A stretch of DNA of 64,000 nt. Origin: Candidatus Wolframiiraptor sinensis (GTDB lineage Archaea; Thermoproteota; Nitrososphaeria_A; Caldarchaeales; Wolframiiraptoraceae). Shown piece by piece: positions 47,072-56,416 of the stretch; within the stretch, counting starts at the first letter, position 1, and each line of letters opens with the position of its first letter. Location of the stretch: contig JALNKA010000001.1 in the NCBI GenBank assembly GCA_023261815.1, positions 97,347 through 161,346 of the forward strand, written 5' to 3'. Below the pieces are notes generated by a model, which worked only from the letters and a program-made list of their open reading frames with translations, was not told the origin of the DNA and ran no database searches. A program made the translations under genes and the position numbers.

Positions 47072-47889
47072 GCACGCCTCCCCGCTGCCAAGCTCGCCCT
47101 CAGCCTAGAGTAGGCTGACGCGGCCAGCAAAATAATCAGGGCAGCGATCGTTATACATGAACCCGCCGGCAGATCATATAGGAAACTCATTAAGAGGCCC
47201 ATGGAGGCCGATGCGGATCCAAAGATCCATGAGGCGGCGATAATGCCCTTCATGTTAGCCTGTAGCTGGAGCGAGGCCGCGGCCGGCACGTAGAGAAGCG
47301 AGAAGACGAGAAATCCCCCCGTCATCCTGAGGGCCAGGGTCACCGTCATCCCCGCTATCACGAGCATCGCGTACTTGTATGCCTTGACGTTAACTCCCTC
47401 AGCCTCGGCCAGCCTGATGTCGAATAATATCGAGCTTATCTTCCCCCAGAAGATGATTAGGAGGGACAGGACGATCATCGATGCGAGGAGGAGGTAAGCT
47501 ATGTACGTCGGCCTGATCGCGAGGATGCTGCCCCAGAGGAGCTGGCCCACGCTCTCGATCATCAGCGCGGGCCCCGGCGCCGAGATTATGAATATGAAGG
47601 CCAGGGCATTATACAGGGAGAAGAGGGTCATCGAGGCAAGGTCGATGGGTATTCTGAGGTGGTCTGCCAGCGGCCCAAGTATCATCGCGGTCACTATTGC
47701 GAGGAGCATCGCAAGAGAGATTATGTCGGCGCCGAGGGCGAGGGCTAGAGCTGATCCGGCTAGAGCCGCGTGAGCCATCGAAAAAGCCATGGTTGTGAGC
47801 TTGAGCCTGTTGCATATGGCCCCCACCACGCCGCATAATCCTCCGGCCAGCACGCCGCCGATTATCGAGCTAATGAGTAGCATGAGCAT
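47068..47889 (-). CDS. metal ABC transporter permease (ZnuB/TroC-like)
   Basis: ABC-3 family topology and sequence. Confidence 0.8.
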   Translation of the reverse strand: MLMLLISSIIGGVLAGGLCGVVGAICNRLKLTTMAFSMAHAALAGSALALALGADIISLAMLLAIVTAMILGPLADHLRIPIDLASMTLFSLYNALAFIFIISAPGPALMIESVGQLLWGSILAIRPTYIAYLLLASMIVLSLLIIFWGKISSILFDIRLAEAEGVNVKAYKYAMLVIAGMTVTLALRMTGGFLVFSLLYVPAAASLQLQANMKGIIAASWIFGSASASMGLLMSFLYDLPAGSCITIAALIILLAASAYSRLRASLAAGRRA

Positions 47890-48586
47890 CCCTCATGATC
47901 ACCTGACTCACTCGCCCATCCACCACCCGGATAACCAAGTCGGCGTCCATAGAGGAGTAGTCCAAGTCATGGCTGACGAGCAGTATAGTGCAGCCGCCTC
48001 TCAGGAGGCCCGGGAAGATCTCGCCGACTATGTATGAGCGTGTTTCTAGGTCTATCGCGCTGAAAGGCTCATCCAGCAATAGCAGCTTGGGCTCCCGGAC
48101 GATGGCCCTCGCGAGCAACACCTTCTGCTGCTGGCCGCCGCTGAGCTTACCAAATGGCTTATCAGCGTGATCCATCATCCCGAGCAGCTCAAGTGCTCGA
48201 TCGACCTTCTTCCAGCCGCTCTCCAAGAGCCTGCCAGAGAAGCTGCTTGACGCCAGCCCCATCGCGACAACTTCCCTGGCCGTGAAGGGCTCTATTGGGG
48301 GCTTCATGAAGTCCTGGGGGAGATATGATGATAGGGCCCTAGCCTTCGAGGCCTCTGCGGGGATATTGTACCCGAGGACCTTTATCCTCCCGCTACGCGG
48401 CTTCAATAATCCGAGAATAGTCTCGAGGAGCGTGGTCTTGCCGGCGCCATTCGGCCCGACGATCAGCGCCAGAGACCCGACGGGTATCCTCAGCGTGACA
48501 TCCCTTAGAGCGGGCCTCTTCTCGCCATAATAGTATGTTGAGACCGAGTCCAATTCCACGGCATTTTGTTCTAAGCCTTTCTCCAT
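47870..48586 (-). CDS. metal ABC transporter ATP-binding protein (ZnuC/TroB-like)
   Basis: Walker A (GPNGAGKTT), signature (LSGGQQQ) and Walker B (LLLLDEP) motifs. Confidence 0.85.
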   Translation of the reverse strand: MEKGLEQNAVELDSVSTYYYGEKRPALRDVTLRIPVGSLALIVGPNGAGKTTLLETILGLLKPRSGRIKVLGYNIPAEASKARALSSYLPQDFMKPPIEPFTAREVVAMGLASSSFSGRLLESGWKKVDRALELLGMMDHADKPFGKLSGGQQQKVLLARAIVREPKLLLLDEPFSAIDLETRSYIVGEIFPGLLRGGCTILLVSHDLDYSSMDADLVIRVVDGRVSQVIMRDAHATH

Positions 48587-49536
48587 CTCCTCACCACCAG
48601 GACATATGCCAGGATTATGGATTCGGCCGCAGCCACGGCCGCGAGGCAGTAGCTCAGAGCACGGTAGAACTCGGCCTCCGCCCTAGCCCTCGATAAATCC
48701 CTCCTAACCTCGAGCACGTCAAGCGAGCTGAGGAGCTTTTCCGCATTCCTCCTCATCAAGTCTATCAGGGTCTTGGTCTCAGGCTCGACTCCCGGGAAAT
48801 TGGATAGGACCACGTGGACCGCGCCGATCATTCCCGCGAGGTTTTCTCCGAGCTCGATGCCGCTCTGTAGATTGCTTACCACCACGGCGACATCATTCTC
48901 TCTCCCGATTTTTACTAGTTTCTCGACGTCTGCGGATGATACCTTCTCGGGCGGGCCGAAGGATCCCGCGATCTTGAAGCCGAGCCACTCGACGAAATCC
49001 CTTTGCCACTCCATCACGATGACGTTAATCGAGGAGGCGCCCCTATTCCCAGCCTCATTCATTATCCTCCGCGCCGCCTCATCGAGCTCCATAAGCCTCT
49101 GCTCGAGCCTAGCGGACACATCTAGCCCCAGCCTAGAGCTAAGCGCGCCCGCAACCTCCTCATAGTATCTTCTCACTCCATTGGGCGTGGACCAGCCGCC
49201 CGAGATCTTGATTAGCTCCGCGCTCGATCCGGAGGCCTCGTAGAGCTGGCTAAGCCATCCTTCCATGCCGTGATAAAAGATCAGCTTGGCCCTCGAGATC
49301 GCGTAGACGTCACTCGGCTTCACGTCATAATGTGCCGGGCAGATCGTCGGGCTGACCAGGATGATGACCTCGACATCATCCCCGGCCAGGTCCTCGATTA
49401 CGCTGCCGAGAACGCTGGTTGTCGCAACCACTAAGGGCTTTTCGCCGGCAACCGGCTGGATAGCGGGGAGCCAGCTGGCGAGCACCAGCAGGATCAGGAT
49501 TATGATCGGGGGAGCCGCCCCTCTTAGTAACACCAT
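48571..49536 (-). CDS. metal ABC transporter substrate-binding protein (TroA/ZnuA-like) with an N-terminal TM anchor and a C-terminal hydrophobic tail
   Basis: Cluster-A-1 SBP-like fold in operon context. Start taken at the internal Met after the poorly coding 5' extension. Confidence 0.65.
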   Translation of the reverse strand: MVLLRGAAPPIIILILLVLASWLPAIQPVAGEKPLVVATTSVLGSVIEDLAGDDVEVIILVSPTICPAHYDVKPSDVYAISRAKLIFYHGMEGWLSQLYEASGSSAELIKISGGWSTPNGVRRYYEEVAGALSSRLGLDVSARLEQRLMELDEAARRIMNEAGNRGASSINVIVMEWQRDFVEWLGFKIAGSFGPPEKVSSADVEKLVKIGRENDVAVVVSNLQSGIELGENLAGMIGAVHVVLSNFPGVEPETKTLIDLMRRNAEKLLSSLDVLEVRRDLSRARAEAEFYRALSYCLAAVAAAESIILAYVLVVRRWRKA

Positions 49537-49583
49537 GATGGGATAATGGTAACATGCTGTATTTAACCATCGACGCGCGAGGA

Positions 49584-50063
49584 TCACGTAATCTCATAGA
49601 GGTATATTTTGTGGGGTCTCCCGTTAATGCTCGATCTCATGATCGTGATCTCGGAGGGTTTTAGGGATGGAATGGGGAAGTCGTGGCAGATTATTCTCGA
49701 GCCCCTTCTGAGCGAGAGGAGCTTCGGCTTGAGGTCTTTCAGCGTCTCCGGGAGCAGGTAAAGCGTGATGACATCGGCGGCGGAGAAATCGAATTCGTAG
49801 AGGTTTCCATGGATTATTCTCGCCTTATCGTGGAGAAGCCTATCGCGTATGATGCTCATGGATTTCCTGAAGAGATTCTCATCAAGCTCGACGCCGATTG
49901 CCCTGCAGCGATAATCCTCGGCCGCGGACACCACTATCCTGCCATCGCCGGATCCAAGATCGATGAGAAGCTCGTCGGGCCTCGGGTCCGCGATCGCCAG
50001 CATCCTCCTAACCACGTCAAGAGGTGAAGGGACGAAGGGGATTCTTCCCCCACCCCTTCTCAT
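49584..50063 (-). CDS. small class I SAM-dependent methyltransferase
   Basis: LIDLGSGDGRIV motif I. Confidence 0.6.
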   Translation of the reverse strand: MRRGGGRIPFVPSPLDVVRRMLAIADPRPDELLIDLGSGDGRIVVSAAEDYRCRAIGVELDENLFRKSMSIIRDRLLHDKARIIHGNLYEFDFSAADVITLYLLPETLKDLKPKLLSLRRGSRIICHDFPIPSLKPSEITIMRSSINGRPHKIYLYEIT

Positions 50064-50124
50064 GCCAGCAAATCCTGAGGCCCGCCCTCACTATAAACCT
50101 TGTTCAACGCAAGCTTTTCATAGC

Positions 50125-51018
50125 TTATTCATGTGGCGAGAGAAGAGCGGCGCCGACTGTTATCAATATTATCCCGAGTATGGTCTCGAGTCCAGGCCTC
50201 TCCCTCAGCCTGACCGCGGCGATGATCCCGGCGAAGACGGGCGTGGTGGCCGACAGCGGGCCAACGATATTCGCTCTCGAGAGGTCTAGGCCTATCAGGT
50301 AGAGCATGTCTCCGAGGCCGACCCCGAGAATGCCGCCGATCGACGCGAAGATCATCTCCCTTCCCCTCATGCCGAGTATCGAGGCCCTGGTGTTGCTCGA
50401 GAGCATGCTGTAAAGGCCGAGGAATGGGAGGAGGACCAGCATCCTGAAGAAGGCCAGGAAGATCGGGTCCACCATCGGTATTACGCGCTTGAAAAGAGCG
50501 ATTCCAATTGCCCAGAAGAGGGAGGTTAGGAGTGAGGCGGCGAGGCCTATTCTCTCATCTCCGCTAGCGCCCCCAGGCTCTAGAGATCTCGAGATCAGCC
50601 ATATCGCCGCGACGATCATCAGGGTTCCGAGGATGACTTCGAGGCTGAATGGCTCTCCAAGAAACCATGCGCTCATCGGTAGGAGGAAGATTGGATAGGA
50701 GTAGGCTATGGGCACAGCTCGCGAGACCCCTATATTCCTCAATCCGAGGAAGTAAAGCGTGTCGCCGATAAGCCATGAAATTATCGAGGCCACGATGATC
50801 TGGCCCGCGATCACGGTGTCGAGCATTAAGAGCGAGTTCGGGCTTCCAAGGAGAAGCACCATCAGAAATAGGAATATCGTGGCCGGGATGCTGCGGATGA
50901 AGTTTAGGCCTATGGGATTCACACTCTTCATGCTGCTCTTGTAGAAGCCGGCTCCAGCCGCCCAGCAGAAGGCTGCTAAAAGCGCGAGCGCCTCTCCGAG
51001 CATCCTCGAAAATTTCAT
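50125..51018 (-). CDS. EamA/DMT-family transporter
   Basis: Ten predicted TM helices in two EamA repeats. Confidence 0.7.
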   Translation of the reverse strand: MKFSRMLGEALALLAAFCWAAGAGFYKSSMKSVNPIGLNFIRSIPATIFLFLMVLLLGSPNSLLMLDTVIAGQIIVASIISWLIGDTLYFLGLRNIGVSRAVPIAYSYPIFLLPMSAWFLGEPFSLEVILGTLMIVAAIWLISRSLEPGGASGDERIGLAASLLTSLFWAIGIALFKRVIPMVDPIFLAFFRMLVLLPFLGLYSMLSSNTRASILGMRGREMIFASIGGILGVGLGDMLYLIGLDLSRANIVGPLSATTPVFAGIIAAVRLRERPGLETILGIILITVGAALLSPHE

Positions 51019-51122
51019 GAAGCCATAATATTGACTGGCCAGCCTGCACGCGCGTAGATTCACTTAAGAGCTCGAAAGACGTCATGTGGCCCGTGGTGCG
51101 GGTCGGCGCGGGGTGAATTCGC

Positions 51123-51824
51123 GTGGAGGTTTATGTTGGGACCTCGGGCTGGATGTATGACTGGAACTCCGGCGGGACGCTGGACTGGTATCTCGAGAAC
51201 TCGGGGCTCAACGCGGTGGAGCTCAACGCATCCTTTTACAGGTTTCCATTCCCATCCCAGGTTTTGGGATGGGCTAGGAGGAGGGCCGGAGTCAGGTGGG
51301 CGGTCAAGGTCCACAGATCCATAACGCATCTGAGGAAGCTCTCGGATAATGCTCTCGAGACGTGGAGAAAGTTTCACAGGATTTTCCAGCCGCTGGATGA
51401 TCGCGTGGACTTCTACCTCTTCCAGATGCCGCCCAACTTCTCGGCTTCGGAGGCGAGCATCGCTAGGGTGAGGAGGTTTATCGCGGAGTCCGGGCTTGGA
51501 GGAAGATTCGCGATAGAGTTCAGGCATGAGAGCTGGTTCAGCCGCGAGCTCGCGGAGATGATATCCGGCATGGGAGCCACTTACGTCTCCGTGGACTCGC
51601 CCATGGGATCCTTCATACACTCGAGCGGCAGCGTGATCTACCTGAGGATGCATGGGAGGTCGAGCTGGTATGCTCACGATTACTCGGTCGAGGAGCTCTC
51701 CGAGATCGCGGAGACGATACTCTCGCTCAAGCCCAGCAAGGTTTACATATTCTTCAACAACGATCACTGGATGCTCGAGAACGCGAGGCTAATGCTGGGG
51801 CTCCTGAGGCATGGCCTCGGCTAA
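51123..51824 (+). CDS. DUF72 (YecE-like) family protein
   Basis: VGTSGWMYDW...NASFYRFP motifs of DUF72. Confidence 0.8.
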   Translation: MEVYVGTSGWMYDWNSGGTLDWYLENSGLNAVELNASFYRFPFPSQVLGWARRRAGVRWAVKVHRSITHLRKLSDNALETWRKFHRIFQPLDDRVDFYLFQMPPNFSASEASIARVRRFIAESGLGGRFAIEFRHESWFSRELAEMISGMGATYVSVDSPMGSFIHSSGSVIYLRMHGRSSWYAHDYSVEELSEIAETILSLKPSKVYIFFNNDHWMLENARLMLGLLRHGLG

Positions 51825-51857
51825 ACGAATATTACCCCCATCCGCCGATTACTCAGC

Positions 51858-52142
51858 GTGGTCAAGGTAGTTAAGAGGGATGGGAGCGAGGAGGAGTTCG
51901 TCCCGGAGAAGATAGTCGTGAGCTGCCTAAAGTCCGGAGCAACCCCCGAGGCCGCGAGAAAAATCGCTAAGATAATCGAGGGCAGGATTCTCGAGAGGGG
52001 ACTGGAAAAGGTAAACGCTTTCGATCTGACCAAGTGGATACTGGAGCTCCTCAGGAAGGAGAATGAGGAGTGGTATAGGAACTGGATAATATTCGATAAG
52101 GCGGTTAAGAGGCGGGACACCGAGAAGGAGCTGAAGAAGTAG
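51858..52142 (+). CDS. ATP-cone domain protein
   Basis: VVKRDGSEEEFVPEKIVVSCLKSGATPEAARKIAKIIE resembles the ATP-cone of NrdR/RNR. Confidence 0.55.
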   Translation: MVKVVKRDGSEEEFVPEKIVVSCLKSGATPEAARKIAKIIEGRILERGLEKVNAFDLTKWILELLRKENEEWYRNWIIFDKAVKRRDTEKELKK

Positions 52143-52232
52143 AGCATCGCTAAGAATACTCCAAGGGCCGGAGCCCCAGCCGCGCGATTAGTTACACTTA
52201 TATCTCGGGCTCCATAACAATATTATACGAAT

Positions 52233-52727
52233 ATGGGAAGGAAGGCTCGAGAAATAGTTGAGAAGGCTGGAGTAAAGGTCGATGAGCTCATCGAGATGCT
52301 GAAAAAGGCTTATGCCGATGAGTGGATAGCCTTCTACTATTACAATCTCTTGGCTAAGCTGGCCAAGGGCATCGGCTCCACGGAGATCGCGGATCAGATA
52401 AAGAAGATAGCGGATGAGGAGCTCGAGCACCAGTCGGAGCTTGCCGATAGGATCATCCAGCTCGGCGGAGAGCCTCCGAGAAGATTCGAGGATTTAGTTA
52501 AGATCGCGAACTGCCCATACGTCGAGGTTCCGAAGAACACTGGCGACTTAAAAGCAGTGGTCAGGGCGATAATCGAGGCGGAGGGATGCGCGATCGAGGC
52601 CTACGATAAGATACTGAAATGGCTGAAGGATGTTGGCCCCGACCCTGTAACCTTCCACGTCATCAGGCACATACTGCAGGAAGAGGTCGAGCACGAGGAC
52701 TTATTCGAGACAATCCTGGGAGAGTAG
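52233..52727 (+). CDS. ferritin-like / Dps-like diiron protein
   Basis: Four-helix ferritin-like pattern with E-x-x-H pairs (EELEHQ, EEVEHE). Confidence 0.65.
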   Translation: MGRKAREIVEKAGVKVDELIEMLKKAYADEWIAFYYYNLLAKLAKGIGSTEIADQIKKIADEELEHQSELADRIIQLGGEPPRRFEDLVKIANCPYVEVPKNTGDLKAVVRAIIEAEGCAIEAYDKILKWLKDVGPDPVTFHVIRHILQEEVEHEDLFETILGE

Positions 52728-52763
52728 GCGCATTCTCCAAAACCCCAATTCTTTTTCATATTC

Positions 52764-54026
52764 CTATCCTCTCAGTATCTTTAGCCTCGAGAGCTCATCG
52801 GCGAGTATCGGTAGAAATGCTCCCACATCTGATATGACGCCGATTGATTGGGCCGTCCCCCTATCCACGAGCTTGAGGACGACCGAGGGGTTGATGTCCA
52901 CGCACACGACCTTGGCGGTTGATGGGAGCATGTTCCCGACGGCGATTGAGTGGAGCATCGAGGCCAGCATGAGCACCATGCTAGCGTCCTTCAAGTGCCT
53001 CCTATACTCCCTCTGCGACTCGACCACGTCTGTTATCACGTCTGGTATCGGGCCATCATCGCGAATCGAACCAGCGAGCACATAAGGAATGCCATGGACG
53101 ATGCACTCATAGAATATCCCCTTCTTTAAGACGCCCTTCTCTACGGCGCCCCTAAGACCGCCGCATTTCATGATCTCGTTTATGGCGGCCAGGTGATTCC
53201 TGCTCCCGCCGGGCATCCTCACGCCCTCATCGACCTTGAATCCCAGAGATGTTCCGAAGAGAGCGTACTCCACGTCATGGACCGCGAGCGCGTTACCGGA
53301 GAGCAACGCATCAACGAAGCCCATTCTTATTATCCTCGCGAGGTGCTCCGCGGCTCCTGTGTGGACGATGGCCGGCCCAGCGACCACGACTATCTTCCCG
53401 CCCAACTCCTTAACCCTAACCATCTCAAGAGCTATCTTCTTGACTATCGTGGGCGTCGGCTTCTCGGAAGAAGCCCTGCTACTCATGAACTCGAAGATGC
53501 CCGCGCCGGCCCTAGGGTACTCGGGGGGCTTGACGCGAACCCCCTCCTCTCCGACCACTATCAAATCTCCCTTCTTGACCTCCCTGATCGACTTGCAGTA
53601 AGCCCTCTCTTCCAGCGGATCCACGACTATCACCTTATCCATGCAGATGTTCTCGACCTCGATCCACCTGCCCTTATAGCGTATCCAAGTCGGGTGATTT
53701 GTCGTCGCGTAGAACCCGTCTGGGAGGACCATGTCGCGGGGCGCGGGCTCCAGCTTGACGTCAGAGATCTTTTCCGTCACCGCTCCGAGGGATCTCAGCT
53801 CTCTAAGGATTAGCTCGAGGTGCGCCGCGCTCTTCCCGATAATCAGCATCCTCGCGTAGCTAGGTTCATCCTTCCTTTTTCCAATCCTGAAGTCGAGGAC
53901 CTCGAATTCCCCGCCGAGATCCATGATCCTGTCAAAGATCTTCGGGAGTATGTGGGAGTCTATTAGATGACCTTCAAGCTCTATGATCTCCGAATACTTT
54001 TCTTCCGAGTCGTGGAAGGTGGTCAC
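52764..54026 (-). CDS. TIGR00300 / LOR-SDH conserved-region family protein (possibly ornithine cyclodeaminase-like)
   Basis: Overall resemblance to the archaeal ~420-aa family with a Rossmann-like C-terminal half. Weakly supported. Confidence 0.45.
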   Translation of the reverse strand: MTTFHDSEEKYSEIIELEGHLIDSHILPKIFDRIMDLGGEFEVLDFRIGKRKDEPSYARMLIIGKSAAHLELILRELRSLGAVTEKISDVKLEPAPRDMVLPDGFYATTNHPTWIRYKGRWIEVENICMDKVIVVDPLEERAYCKSIREVKKGDLIVVGEEGVRVKPPEYPRAGAGIFEFMSSRASSEKPTPTIVKKIALEMVRVKELGGKIVVVAGPAIVHTGAAEHLARIIRMGFVDALLSGNALAVHDVEYALFGTSLGFKVDEGVRMPGGSRNHLAAINEIMKCGGLRGAVEKGVLKKGIFYECIVHGIPYVLAGSIRDDGPIPDVITDVVESQREYRRHLKDASMVLMLASMLHSIAVGNMLPSTAKVVCVDINPSVVLKLVDRGTAQSIGVISDVGAFLPILADELSRLKILRG

Positions 54027-54104
54027 CTCTCACGCGCACCAGCCTCCCTCGCGGGACGATAAACAATTTCACACGATATTTTAATCCTTCTCTCGTCATC
54101 GCCT

Positions 54105-54770
54105 TTAACGCCTGATGCGCCCCTCCTCCAGCACTATCACCTCATCCGGCTCCAACTCATCCGGCAGCTCTCCGCCCCCATGAGATGCTATCACGATTCC
54201 AGCGCCGTTTCTCCTCCTCTCTTGAAGGGCTGCGGCCACAAGCCTGGATCTCTCACTATCTAGGTGGGCGAACGGCTCATCGAGGAGTATTAGCTCGGGC
54301 TCAACCGCTAGGGCGCGGGCGATCGCGACTAGCTGTGACTGGCCCGTCGAAAGCTCCTTAGCATTCTTATCCGCCAGCTCCATGAGCTCGAGCTCCTTCA
54401 TGATTATCTCCGCTCTCTCGGCAACATTTCTCGAGTCGAGCCCTCTGATCCTGAGAGGATAAGCGATGTTCTCGAGAACGCTTCCGCGGATCAAGATGGG
54501 CTTCTCATGAACGTACGTGATCTTCCTCCTAGCCGCGATCTTCTCGGCCTCACTCATTTCCCAGAAGCTTTGACCATCCACGATGACATCGCCGCGCAGG
54601 GGTCTATAAAGCAGGGCCGCTATCTTAAGGAGCGTAGTCTTGCCGCTGCCATTATGGCCCGAGACGAGAATAACTCTTCCCGATGTGAGCTCAGCCGAGA
54701 TGTTTTCCAGCGCCCACGCCGCCATGCCGGGGTACTTGTGCCAAATGCCCCTCAGCTCGATGACCATCAC
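54105..54770 (-). CDS. ABC transporter ATP-binding protein (tungstate/molybdate WtpC/TupC-like)
   Basis: GHNGSGKTT, LSTGQSQ and LILLDEP motifs in a short (~220 aa) form. Operon context. Confidence 0.75.
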   Translation of the reverse strand: MMVIELRGIWHKYPGMAAWALENISAELTSGRVILVSGHNGSGKTTLLKIAALLYRPLRGDVIVDGQSFWEMSEAEKIAARRKITYVHEKPILIRGSVLENIAYPLRIRGLDSRNVAERAEIIMKELELMELADKNAKELSTGQSQLVAIARALAVEPELILLDEPFAHLDSERSRLVAAALQERRRNGAGIVIASHGGGELPDELEPDEVIVLEEGRIRR

Positions 54771-55453
54771 TGCGCTCTCACCCCCATCAAGATCTTAACG
54801 GATATCGCGGTCATGATCATGAGCACTAGGAGTATGATGCCGAGTATTATGGCGCTTTCGAATTCGCCTCGAGCCACGTCGAGCGCTATCGCCGTCGTCA
54901 TAACCCTCGTGAAGCCCCTGATGTTCCCGCCCACCATCATGGCGATGCCGAGCTCTCCAACAGCCCTCGAGAACCCCATTATCGTCGAGGCCGCGACTCC
55001 GGGCGCCGACTCCCGGAGAACGAGCATCATGGCTTGAGACCTGCCCGCTCCAAGGCTTAGCGCGAGCTCGAGATAAGATGTTGCGATGCCCCTAAGAGCC
55101 CTATAACACGTCGAGATTATAAGGGGTGTTATGAGAATTGCTTGGCCGATTATGATCGCCTGGGGCGTATAGAGGAGCTTGAGGAAGCCGAGGGGACCCG
55201 AGCTACTGAGAAGAAGGAAGAGCAGCAGGCCGAGGAGAACAGTCGGCATCCCTACCAGCGACTCGATGAGCGCCTCGAGAACAACAACTCTCCTCCTAAG
55301 TGAGAGGAGGTATGCGGCTGGAATGCTCCAAGAGGCGGATAAAAGAGTCGCGAAGCCGGAAACGTAAATCGACCTAAGGGACACATCTAGGATCTCGGAG
55401 AATACTTGGCTCATGGGAAGCCCACCTCCATGCCAGATGCAAACTCGCTCCAC
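54767..55453 (-). CDS. ABC transporter permease (WtpB/TupB/ModB-like)
   Basis: Six TM helices and the EAA-like loop (ALSLGAGRSQAMMLVLRESAP). Confidence 0.75.
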   Translation of the reverse strand: MERVCIWHGGGLPMSQVFSEILDVSLRSIYVSGFATLLSASWSIPAAYLLSLRRRVVVLEALIESLVGMPTVLLGLLLFLLLSSSGPLGFLKLLYTPQAIIIGQAILITPLIISTCYRALRGIATSYLELALSLGAGRSQAMMLVLRESAPGVAASTIMGFSRAVGELGIAMMVGGNIRGFTRVMTTAIALDVARGEFESAIILGIILLVLMIMTAISVKILMGVRAQ

Positions 55454-56322
55454 AAATCCCCGAGTTTCTCAATATTCTCATCGGCCGGGCGGAATAGCGG
55501 CTGCCCATACTCTCTCTCGCCGAACACTCTTATCTGATCCTGATTCTCTTGAAGAAACTTTAGGAAGAGCAGGGCATACCTCTTCTCGTCTCCGGAGCAG
55601 GCTTTAGCAACATAGGCCGAGTATATGTTGATCATATCCGGATCATCCGGGCTCGCGTAGAGGATGACGAGGCTTGGGAGCTTCCCCTCGCTTTTCAGCC
55701 TAAGATATGAGCCGATATCTGCCAGAGAGTAGGCTGAGAGCTCATTCGCGATTATCAGGGTCTGCTCCATCCCTGCAGCGGCCTCCCTGTACCATCCTCC
55801 GCCGGCGGGATTTAGTCCAGCCCTACCCCAAATCCCCAGCTCCCTGAGATGCGTTCCCGATAAATCGCCTCTACTGATGAAGATTATTTTGCCCGATTCG
55901 CCGGCCGAGTAGATCCTCCTGAAGGCCTCGATGACGCTTCTCGATCCCCTGACCTCCGCCGGATCCCCTTCGGGCCCCACTATGATAAAGTAATTATATG
56001 CGAATATCACGCCCGCCTCGAGCACGCCCCTCTCCACGTACTGCTTTTCGAGACTCGGCGCATGGGCGAGCACGGCGCAGGCATCGCCGCGCTCAGCGTA
56101 TTTAAGTGCGGCACCAGTTCCAGCCGCTATGAACTCGATCCTAACCCCGGGATACTTTTCCTCGAATTTTCTTTTGAGCTCGTCGAGGAGCCCAGTGGCG
56201 TATAGCGATGTGGTGGTCGCTATCCTGATCCTCACCTCGCTGGATAGGAGCACGTGAGCGGATCCCGCCACGATCGCCGCAGCCAAGATCATGGCAAGCG
56301 CGATGAGCCTCCGGGAGATCAT
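55411..56322 (-). CDS. tungstate/molybdate-binding periplasmic protein (WtpA/TupA/ModA family) with a signal anchor
   Basis: TTTSLYATGLLDEL and the surrounding PBP type II fold. Confidence 0.65.
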   Translation of the reverse strand: MISRRLIALAMILAAAIVAGSAHVLLSSEVRIRIATTTSLYATGLLDELKRKFEEKYPGVRIEFIAAGTGAALKYAERGDACAVLAHAPSLEKQYVERGVLEAGVIFAYNYFIIVGPEGDPAEVRGSRSVIEAFRRIYSAGESGKIIFISRGDLSGTHLRELGIWGRAGLNPAGGGWYREAAAGMEQTLIIANELSAYSLADIGSYLRLKSEGKLPSLVILYASPDDPDMINIYSAYVAKACSGDEKRYALLFLKFLQENQDQIRVFGEREYGQPLFRPADENIEKLGDLWSEFASGMEVGFP

Positions 56323-56372
56323 GCAAGTTTGCCGCGACACCTCGCCACCGAAGGCTTATTGAGCATTTTGAC

Positions 56373-56394
56373 CGTTATCCGAAAACCAATAACG
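56373..56394. promoter_or_regulatory. inverted repeat CGTTAT-N10-ATAACG between the divergent wtpA and modE-like genes
   Basis: Seen directly in the sequence. It is followed by the TATA-like CTTATAGC (56395-56402), and the half-sites resemble E. coli ModE operator half-sites. Confidence 0.5.
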
Positions 56395-56416
56395 CTTATA
56401 GCGCCCATCGCGCCCG

